From: a virus
Reading direction: 5' to 3' (one strand)
IMG/VR virus record: IMGVR_UViG_3300028840_002190
Length of the DNA: 64,000 nt
A program made the translations under genes and the position numbers. This document shows, one piece after another, positions 44,448-51,975 of the stretch; position 1 is the first letter of the stretch, and each line of letters opens with the position of its first letter. Below the pieces are notes generated by a model that was given only the letters and a program-made list of their open reading frames with translations, had not been told where the DNA came from and searched no databases.

Positions 44448-46070
44448 AACAACCAACAATCGCCAGCGGAAGCCCTCTCTCAGGTCCTCCAATGGGCTTG
44501 CTCCCCTCGCGGAGGCAACAACTTCTGGGGCCGCATCTTGAACGGTTGCGGTCGACGGGCTATTCCAGGTCTGGGAACCGCTGCGATCTCCCTCACTCGA
44601 GAGGGAAAATTCATGTTCCTCTGGGACCCGGAGTTCTTCGTGAAGATTCCGATGCCCCTCCGGATCATGGTCGTCATCCACGAAGCGGCCCACATCGTCC
44701 TGTCGCATGTCGAGCGGAGCCTGCACATGAAGCAGATCTGCAGCGCCAACGACTACCAGTGGAACCAACTGTCCCCGCTCATCAACTTTGCACAAGACAT
44801 GGCCGCCAACGACATTGCCCTCCGCGCTCTCGTCGATCTCGGCAACTTCAGAGAATACAAGAAAGAGCTCCTGTTCCCTGAGAACCCCCCTTGGAACTTC
44901 CCCCAGGGCAAGTCGTTCGAAGAGTACCTGAAGATGCTCATCGACAAGTGCAAAGAAGACGGCTTCGACCCCAACAAGCAAGAGACCGACGGGGAAGGGA
45001 ACGCTATTGTCGAAGTCTACGGAGTCCCTCTGCCGATGCCTAGCAGCAACGACGACGGAGACGGAGACGGAGACGATCAGCAACAGGGTCAGGGTCAGGG
45101 TCAGGGTCAGGGTCAGGGTCAGGGTCAGGGACAACCGCAGAAAGGCCAGTCCGGAAGTGGGGGCGGAGGTACTCAGCAGCAGCCGGACAAGGACGGAAAG
45201 TTCCCTGTCAACGAGGCTCCTCAGTGGCTCAAGGACCGCCGGAAGAACATGATGCCCCAGCACATCGACTGGCAGCAGATGGCCGACAGCATGACCGACG
45301 CCGAAATCGAGCGCATTCAAGAGCGTGCACGTCGGGAGTCGAAGAAGATCGTCAAGAAGGCCGCGCAACAGACCGTGAAGGGTCGTGGGACGATTCCGGG
45401 ACAGTTGCAATCCGTCATCGATGAACTGCTCAACGAGCCGTCGATCCCTTGGCACGAAGTCTTCAAGAACCTTCTCCGTTCCTCCATCTCCTCCAAGCTC
45501 AACGAATCGACTGCGTGGCCGCACATGGGGCTGCTTGCCGGGTGTGAAGGGCAAGGCATCGAACCGTTCCCCGGCGTACAGAAGGACTTCGAGTTCTTCG
45601 TCACAGTCGCCATCGACACATCCGGGTCGGTCTCCGACGATGATTTCATCAAGTTCATGTCTGAGATCCAGGGATTGATGAAGATGAACAAGACCGTCAC
45701 GACGCGGGTCATGCTCTACGACGCAGCCATCCAGCGGGAGTTCCTCATCGAACCGGACGACGAAGTTACGTATCACTGCACCCGTCACGGATACGGGGGC
45801 ACCAACTTCAGGCCGCCCTTCAAGCGGATGCTCGGACTCGACACGGAGAACGACTGGGAAAACGACGCCGAGAAGCTCGAACAGACGCTCCCCAAGACGG
45901 ACCTCTTCATCCACTTCACAGACGGCTATGCTCCCATCAGTAGCGACGGGGGTGGCGGTCCGATGCCTGAGCTTACTCCGCCGTGCCCGTTCGTGTGGGT
46001 GCTCACCGAAGACGGTCGGGAAGACCCCGACATGGGCGGCATTGTGCTGCAGATCGACTCCGACGATTAG
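44442..46070 (+). CDS. DUF2201-like putative metallopeptidase (HExxH) + VWA domain protein, MoxR partner
   Basis: VVIHEAAHIV; low-complexity DG/GQ linker; MIDAS VAIDTSGSVS, GYGGTNF, FTDGY. Confidence 0.82.
   Translation: MQNNQQSPAEALSQVLQWACSPRGGNNFWGRILNGCGRRAIPGLGTAAISLTREGKFMFLWDPEFFVKIPMPLRIMVVIHEAAHIVLSHVERSLHMKQICSANDYQWNQLSPLINFAQDMAANDIALRALVDLGNFREYKKELLFPENPPWNFPQGKSFEEYLKMLIDKCKEDGFDPNKQETDGEGNAIVEVYGVPLPMPSSNDDGDGDGDDQQQGQGQGQGQGQGQGQGQPQKGQSGSGGGGTQQQPDKDGKFPVNEAPQWLKDRRKNMMPQHIDWQQMADSMTDAEIERIQERARRESKKIVKKAAQQTVKGRGTIPGQLQSVIDELLNEPSIPWHEVFKNLLRSSISSKLNESTAWPHMGLLAGCEGQGIEPFPGVQKDFEFFVTVAIDTSGSVSDDDFIKFMSEIQGLMKMNKTVTTRVMLYDAAIQREFLIEPDDEVTYHCTRHGYGGTNFRPPFKRMLGLDTENDWENDAEKLEQTLPKTDLFIHFTDGYAPISSDGGGGPMPELTPPCPFVWVLTEDGREDPDMGGIVLQIDSDD
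45054..45131 (+). repeat. Adjacent hexanucleotide microsatellites (GACGGA)3 and (CAGGGT)7 + CAGGGA
   Basis: GACGGA x3 at 45054-45071; CAGGGT x7 at 45084-45125; encode DG and QG dipeptide runs. Confidence 0.9.
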
Positions 46071-46085
46071 AAAAGGATTGTTCCG

Positions 46086-46733
46086 ATGACCGAGATTTAC
46101 TGTGTGAAACTCAAGCAGCTGCGGTTGGAGGGGAGAGTATCCGAATCTTTCGACTACTTCCCCTTCGACCGCTTCTATCTTGTTCCGGCGGATCACAAGC
46201 CCCTAGCTTTGCGGCTGTTCCGCTACAGCTTGATCATGAAAGTCGATGACGTCGTCAAACGGAGTCTCGGCCTTATCCAGTTCACCCGCCGTCGCACGAT
46301 TGGGATCAAACGTAACAACTCTGAGCTAGCATACTCACGAGTTCCGGGCACCGGCATTCCCGAAATCAGTGCGATAAACGAAGGCGAGTGGCTCCTAGTA
46401 GTCCCCACCTACCTCGCCCGGGATAAAGAAATCGACCCGGAAAGCAACAAGCGCGTTACCAAAAAAGTGCGCCTAGCCTACACGCTATCGCAAGCGGTTT
46501 CCAGCATTCACAACCTCAGTGTCCCGATGCCCACAGTAACCCTGCACACCCCCATAGAGAATATCCCGGTACTCTGTGCCATCTGTAAAAACGTGGCGAG
46601 TTACCACGCCAACAAGTGCGCACCTGGGCAGCGCGCTTGTCGTAACGGGATATCGCTCAATCGCCTACCTGTAGACGACGAATTCCGAGAGACCATCGAA
46701 ACTTCTGTGAAAGGGGCAGGTGAGATCGAATGA
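46086..46733 (+). CDS. Hypothetical protein upstream of RT, C-terminal Cys/His cluster
   Basis: 215 aa; CAIC-x5-H-x3-C-x6-C; stop overlaps the RT start (ATGA). Confidence 0.65.
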   Translation: MTEIYCVKLKQLRLEGRVSESFDYFPFDRFYLVPADHKPLALRLFRYSLIMKVDDVVKRSLGLIQFTRRRTIGIKRNNSELAYSRVPGTGIPEISAINEGEWLLVVPTYLARDKEIDPESNKRVTKKVRLAYTLSQAVSSIHNLSVPMPTVTLHTPIENIPVLCAICKNVASYHANKCAPGQRACRNGISLNRLPVDDEFRETIETSVKGAGEIE

Positions 46734-47899
46734 CTTACGGTTTCCACGAAAGCGTGTTCGAAACGATCACCATCCCTAACACTGAATTCCCGCTCTACGA
46801 TGACTGTACTCTCGCATTCTTCCTGGGGTTCCGGAATAAGACCCTGTGGCACCTCCTCCACAACAAGGAAAACAACTATCGAGTATTTCACATCCCCAAG
46901 AGCAACGGGCGTAAACGCGTGATCCACGCCCCGTCTCCGATAATGCAATCCGTTCTCCACTCCGTTCACGCGCGAATTCTCCTCCCGATGGAGTCCAAAC
47001 TCGGAGACCACGTTACTGCGTACCGTCCCAACAGGTCCATCATGGATGCGGTTGCGCGGCACATCCCCGAGTGCCCGACCTGTGACAGTGTACCTAAGGG
47101 AGAAGTGGCGAAGAAGCACGACTGTCCACGCAAGGGGGCATACATTAAGATGGACCTCAAGGACTTCTTCCCTAATACACGGCGCGCATGGATCCGCCAC
47201 CTCTTCCAGGACGCAGGGTACTCACATCACGTCAGCGGTCTGCTTGCCAACCTGATGACCGTCCCCTTCGTGAACCCTCGCGGAGTACCCGGCGATAACT
47301 ACAAGGGAACCCCCCGGCAGAAGTTCCTTGCGGGAGTGCCTCAAGGAGCCCCCACCTCAGGTGCCATCTGCAACCTCGTCGCCAACACACGCATTGACAC
47401 GCCCCTCCTGGCCTACTTCGAAAAGAAAAACGCTGAGGGAGGACTCCAAGCTCCATGGGACTGGAGGTATAGTCGATACGCTGACGACCTCACCATCACA
47501 TGCGGCAAGGATCTCCCACTCGGCGAGAAGAAACAGGTCGTGCGAGACGTTACTGAGATCGTCGAACGCGCTAGGTACAGGGTCAACCGTTCCAAGACCA
47601 AAATAACTAGCGCGTTTTACCGGCGCAAAATGCTCGGGGTCGTCATGAATCAAAAGCTAAATATCGCTTACGACGAATACCTCCGCATACGCGCCATCGT
47701 ACACAACTGCATGGTTAACGGCGTCGACACGCAGTACGCTCGAGCGGGCAAAGAATCCCCTGAGAAGCTCATCCAGTTTTTACGAGGTAAAGTCAGCTTC
47801 ATCTCAAGCGTACATCCAGGCAAAGGCGAGAAACTGAAATCCGAGCTGGACGTTGCGATCCAGAACTGGAAAGAGAAGAATGACCCTCCACAGCACTGA
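46730..47899 (+). CDS. Retron-like reverse transcriptase with Zn-finger-like insertion
   Basis: YRVFHIPKSNGRKRVIHAP, AY...SIMDAVARH (region-X-like), KMDLKDFFP, GVPQGAPTSGAICN, RYADDLT (YADD 47477-47488), YRVNRSKT, MLGVVMN (VTG-region equivalent). Confidence 0.9.
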   Translation: MTYGFHESVFETITIPNTEFPLYDDCTLAFFLGFRNKTLWHLLHNKENNYRVFHIPKSNGRKRVIHAPSPIMQSVLHSVHARILLPMESKLGDHVTAYRPNRSIMDAVARHIPECPTCDSVPKGEVAKKHDCPRKGAYIKMDLKDFFPNTRRAWIRHLFQDAGYSHHVSGLLANLMTVPFVNPRGVPGDNYKGTPRQKFLAGVPQGAPTSGAICNLVANTRIDTPLLAYFEKKNAEGGLQAPWDWRYSRYADDLTITCGKDLPLGEKKQVVRDVTEIVERARYRVNRSKTKITSAFYRRKMLGVVMNQKLNIAYDEYLRIRAIVHNCMVNGVDTQYARAGKESPEKLIQFLRGKVSFISSVHPGKGEKLKSELDVAIQNWKEKNDPPQH

Positions 47900-49265
47900 T
47901 GACATTGACTACGTATTCACAGCCGCGTGTCTCGTGGCGGGTACCGATCTCCGGTATCTGTCACGAGGCGCGCAGTGCTGTCTTCTTTTTGGCAAACGCC
48001 GTTCGCATCTCGACCTCGGCAACCTCGAGTACCATAAAGAGATCGCGAATGCAGACTTGACTAGGCATTTTTTGGGTGACTCTTTTGCCATCATCCCTAT
48101 CCACTACGAACACCAGAAACCACGATGGGGGGATACGAAAGAGCCACTGATAGGACTCATTGCAACGAACGAACCCGACGCCACTTGCCGCGGAGCTATC
48201 GGACAAGCAAAAACACTTCCGGTAACTGTCGTTCAAAAAGGGCACGTAACACACCGTGAGGGCTTAGAAGTGTTTAATGCTTGTGAACTCCCAGAAAAAT
48301 ACGTCGTGGGGTGTGGCGGGTGTCGAACAGGGACAGAAACACACAACACATGTCCTGTCGTGAAACTCGAAAATTTGGAAGAAATCCCAGAATTCGAAAT
48401 CGACACGTACAGCGAAGATGTGACTTACTGGAAATCCCGCATCGGTAGGTTTGTAGCTGTAGGCCCATCGTACACCTCTGCGGACTATATCACTCCAGCA
48501 CACCGAACAATTGTTCAGCACAGTTTCAAGTACGTAAGCTCGACCATTTCGGACAGGAGAAACACGGCCCAAGAAATGGGGAGACGTGCACAATTTAGGA
48601 GGGAGATCTGCAGCCAATGTCTAATGAAGGAACCCTGCTGGTATGAAGGTGCGCCTAAACACTGTACCAAGTACTACCCGCAAACATTACGGGAGATATC
48701 ACTAGAGATCGTAAAAAATACCCCGTGCAAGTTTACAGGTCCGCAACTTAGAGTACTGCTAGCCAACAGCGGCCCAATGGACAAACGGTTCAACCGTTAT
48801 AAGGGGCACTTCACCTTAAAGTACCCTAGCAAATACTTGGGCGATTCCGAAGGCGTCAAATTTGTTATCAATCAAAAGACGGACCCAGGGCACACCCTAG
48901 CAGGGACTGATAACTACAAGACCGCGCTCTCATGGCTACACGACTATGGAGACGCTCCCTGGGTCCCTGAAAAAGCTAGACATATGGGTGCCCACGAAAA
49001 GGCGGTACTCTTCGAACTCCTACAGCGGAACCAAAGCCCTACGCGTAACAACGGGTGGCGCCAAACAACATACCCAGTGAACTTCGTAGCCAAACGAGGG
49101 AGCGGGCCCTACTACGTAGAATACTCCTGGGGCCCTAGTGGAAGGTACGTATTACCGTGGCCTTTAAGAGCAGAAAACTTGTTTGACGTGTACAAGAACT
49201 ACAAAAACTTGAGGTGCGTATCTGGGATTCGCCCACCCGACCTCTTAATCCGTCGACACTACTAG
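47880..49265 (+). CDS. Cys-rich hypothetical protein downstream of RT
   Basis: 461 aa from ATG 47880 (overlaps the RT end by 20 nt); CGGC...C and CSQC...C...C clusters; no family recognised. Confidence 0.6.
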   Translation: MTLHSTDDIDYVFTAACLVAGTDLRYLSRGAQCCLLFGKRRSHLDLGNLEYHKEIANADLTRHFLGDSFAIIPIHYEHQKPRWGDTKEPLIGLIATNEPDATCRGAIGQAKTLPVTVVQKGHVTHREGLEVFNACELPEKYVVGCGGCRTGTETHNTCPVVKLENLEEIPEFEIDTYSEDVTYWKSRIGRFVAVGPSYTSADYITPAHRTIVQHSFKYVSSTISDRRNTAQEMGRRAQFRREICSQCLMKEPCWYEGAPKHCTKYYPQTLREISLEIVKNTPCKFTGPQLRVLLANSGPMDKRFNRYKGHFTLKYPSKYLGDSEGVKFVINQKTDPGHTLAGTDNYKTALSWLHDYGDAPWVPEKARHMGAHEKAVLFELLQRNQSPTRNNGWRQTTYPVNFVAKRGSGPYYVEYSWGPSGRYVLPWPLRAENLFDVYKNYKNLRCVSGIRPPDLLIRRHY

Positions 49266-50302
49266 ATAGAATCCGGATCAAAATCCGGACACACCGCCAC
49301 TACCGCAGCGAGAGCTGCGTCCTCCGCCTCCTGGGCGGCTGCCAATGTTGCAGCCGCCTCTTCTTTTGCTTGGGCGGCGGTATTCACATCCGCGAGAGCC
49401 GCAGACTGGTCACTAACAGCAGACGCATACTCCGAGGATGCCGTCGCACACACATTTGTGAGGATGTTATCGACATTAGCAACCTGAGGAGCACCTGTAG
49501 TATCCCACGCAGGTTTGATCGACGTGTACCAAGTGTACATCACGTTATACAAGAAAAACCAATCATCCGTCGGAGCAGGGGCAGTAGTGAGAACCCACGG
49601 GGTACCCGACCACTGCTCATATGCAGTCTTAAGATCGTCAAAAAGAGAGTTGTTACCCGCCTCGTACGATGAGATACCGCTTTTAAGAATCGTCCAAAAC
49701 CCGTGTGTAGGGTCGCGGAGTTTTTCACAGAAGTTCACGGACGCCAGGAACATATCAACTTGAGTCGTGGCGTCGTCATAATCTTCTTCAGCGTCCGAGA
49801 GTGTCGTAGTTTTTGTCGCCAAGTCCTCTTCAGCAACCACACGAGCAGCTTTAGCGTCAGAGTACGCCGTCTTGAGCTCCTGCGTATAGCTCTCATCAGC
49901 ATTCGGAAAAGTCAAAGTCTCAGCAGTCGGAGTGTAGAAACTGCTGTAGTAAGCTTGCCACGTCGTAACCAACGTGTTCACACGCCCGTCTATCTCTTGG
50001 CGTGCTTGCATCGCGATTTCGAGATCTGAATAGTCGTTACTCACAAACGCGGACAAATAAACGGTCGCGTCTTCCGACACCGCAGTGGCCCTATCCGTAT
50101 TCAGATTCGTCAGATCATACGGGGTAGCCACACGCAAAAAAGTATCGGCGGTTGGGTCTAGGTTGTCGTTGATAGTAGTCACGAACAGGAACTGATGAGG
50201 TAGATCTCCCTTATCGGTGACAACCGAAATTACCCGGTAAACCAGATCACCATCGGAATTGAGGAGCTGGTTACGCGTTTGCGATACGACTGTATCAGCC
50301 AT
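49262..50302 (-). CDS. Putative tail/virion structural protein
   Basis: 346 aa, acidic, Ala/Thr-rich with coiled-coil segments; minus-strand operon. Confidence 0.5.
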   Translation of the reverse strand: MADTVVSQTRNQLLNSDGDLVYRVISVVTDKGDLPHQFLFVTTINDNLDPTADTFLRVATPYDLTNLNTDRATAVSEDATVYLSAFVSNDYSDLEIAMQARQEIDGRVNTLVTTWQAYYSSFYTPTAETLTFPNADESYTQELKTAYSDAKAARVVAEEDLATKTTTLSDAEEDYDDATTQVDMFLASVNFCEKLRDPTHGFWTILKSGISSYEAGNNSLFDDLKTAYEQWSGTPWVLTTAPAPTDDWFFLYNVMYTWYTSIKPAWDTTGAPQVANVDNILTNVCATASSEYASAVSDQSAALADVNTAAQAKEEAAATLAAAQEAEDAALAAVVAVCPDFDPDSI

Positions 50303-50305
50303 GAG

Positions 50306-50674
50306 TTAACCTGTAATGGTGTGGGTTAGCACACCTTCGAAAACGTCGTTGGCTTCCTCGTACTCTCGGACAAGCCATTCGACCCGGCCATAGACGTGAG
50401 ACGTGAAGGCCAACGCATCATCGATGTTGTCATAATCCTGCGAGCATTGGGACGCCAAGTAATAGGGGACCCCTTCACTGATCGCTGCTGTACGGGACGA
50501 GGGATAGTTCTGCAAGTCCCAGACAGTTCCGACATGCGAAAACGTTTCGAGCTCAGTGTTGATCACGAAAACCTGAGATTGAATATCGTTCGAATAGGTG
50601 ACCGTGTTCGTCACGCGGTACACGGGACCTTCCTCGATAGTCTTCTCCTGCTTTAGGTCTACGCGGACTGTCAC
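50306..50674 (-). CDS. Putative virion structural protein
   Basis: 122 aa acidic; shares a pattern with the N-terminus of 49262-50302 (VYRV...V...QxFV..T...D/ETF.xVxT.xDL). Confidence 0.5.
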   Translation of the reverse strand: MTVRVDLKQEKTIEEGPVYRVTNTVTYSNDIQSQVFVINTELETFSHVGTVWDLQNYPSSRTAAISEGVPYYLASQCSQDYDNIDDALAFTSHVYGRVEWLVREYEEANDVFEGVLTHTITG

Positions 50675-51330
50675 GTGTATATCTCCGTGCTCGTCCCTGC
50701 AAACTCATCCAAATAGGTCTCTGTGCTGTCAACCAGAGACTGTGCTTGAGTCTGGAGAGAAACAAACTTGTTAATAGCCGACGAAAGGCTGTCGACTGAG
50801 GAATGGATAGTCCGGAGACGGTAGTACACCTGGTCGTCCCAAGTGCCGTCATACACGTCTAATGTGGCGGCTCCTGAACCATTGAAAACTCCGCGGGGTA
50901 CTAAACTTGAGTCGTAAAGTGTAAAGGACAGGCGTCCCCCGAATGCGGGAAACTCGTCCCCCGGAACAACCTTAACGACGTTATACGCCGCGTCAAAAGA
51001 TGAAACTTCGTGTTGCGTGCCCGGGACGTATCCGAGAAACGTCCAAAGGGAGGGGATCTCGTTAAGTACGATGAGGTCAGTGGCTACCGGAACCGTGGTA
51101 CCAAACGCCTCTTCATAAAAATGGTTGTAACCATCTACCACCGGAGCAGCAGGTACCCCAGTAAGATCGATGAGCGTCCCGACACGGGAGATGCTCTCGA
51201 GTTCCCCTTGGAAGCCACTGCGCGCAACAATGCACACAGGGTCGACGTCCACACCACTGAGAACGTCGACACCTAAGTAGAAAGCGTCCGCAAGGGTGTC
51301 ACGGGTGAACTCAATTGTTAACTGTGCCAT
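50671..51330 (-). CDS. Putative virion structural protein
   Basis: 219 aa acidic; first gene after the promoter at 51365-51393. Confidence 0.5.
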   Translation of the reverse strand: MAQLTIEFTRDTLADAFYLGVDVLSGVDVDPVCIVARSGFQGELESISRVGTLIDLTGVPAAPVVDGYNHFYEEAFGTTVPVATDLIVLNEIPSLWTFLGYVPGTQHEVSSFDAAYNVVKVVPGDEFPAFGGRLSFTLYDSSLVPRGVFNGSGAATLDVYDGTWDDQVYYRLRTIHSSVDSLSSAINKFVSLQTQAQSLVDSTETYLDEFAGTSTEIYT

Positions 51331-51364
51331 AACGCGTTGACCTCACTGAGATTTTCTGTAAAAA

Positions 51365-51393
51365 ATAGTAGGACATGGGGTGTATCCAGTCAA
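51365..51393 (-). promoter_or_regulatory. Sigma70-like promoter TTGACT-N17-TACTAT
   Basis: Minus-strand -35 at 51393-51388, -10 at 51370-51365, overlapping the start of the divergent ruvC-like gene. Confidence 0.6.
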
Positions 51394-51959
51394 GCTACGT
51401 CGGTATCGATCCTTCTTTCACGTGCACAGGTGTAGGCGCTGTAAGCCCCACCAAAGTATCACACTTCCACTTCCGAGGACCTACATTAAAAGGTAAACGA
51501 GCAGGGGGAGTAGCCCGTCTTACCGCCCTGCAGCACGAGCTGCAGCAACATCTCGAGTACCTAGTCCGAAACCTGGGACCCATCAAACACGTCTGTATTG
51601 AAGGACCCGCGTATGCTGCAACCAACCGCGCAGACGACTTGGGACAGCTCCGGGGAGTATACTCGGTGTGCGCAGCGGGATTTTGTGACACCGTCACCGT
51701 CGTCCCCCCTACCTCTCTAAAGAAATTCGCCACAGGTAGTGGAGCGGCTACCAAAGAGAAAATGGTCAAAACCGCAACAGAGATCTGTGATGAGCGCCTC
51801 CTGCACGATGAAGCTGACGCCTTATGGTTAGCGGTACTCGCCCGGGGGTTAGAAGACGCCACCCTGGAGCTCAAGCGGTATCAGATCGAAGTAATCGATG
51901 GTATAAGGAACCCGAAGGTCAAGCGTAGGGTTTCCACGCGACAAGCCGACAACATCTAA
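51375..51959 (+). CDS. ruvC: RuvC-like Holliday junction resolvase
   Basis: VGIDPS, VCIEG, LKKFATGSGAATKEKM, HDEADAL. Confidence 0.88.
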   Translation: MGCIQSSYVGIDPSFTCTGVGAVSPTKVSHFHFRGPTLKGKRAGGVARLTALQHELQQHLEYLVRNLGPIKHVCIEGPAYAATNRADDLGQLRGVYSVCAAGFCDTVTVVPPTSLKKFATGSGAATKEKMVKTATEICDERLLHDEADALWLAVLARGLEDATLELKRYQIEVIDGIRNPKVKRRVSTRQADNI

Positions 51960-51975
51960 AAGGGAGCAACGCAGA

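Noticed and set aside
44382-46196. 5' extension of the 940-aa minus-strand ORF
   Set aside because: Antisense shadow of the GC3-biased VWA gene; a good RBS and consensus promoter support a start at 44381.
46730-47899. Diversity-generating retroelement or group II intron RT
   Set aside because: No TR/VR repeat pair differing at adenines was noticed, no avd-like gene or maturase/endonuclease domain, and no flanking non-coding intron RNA; motifs fit retron-like RTs better. A full self-alignment was not run.
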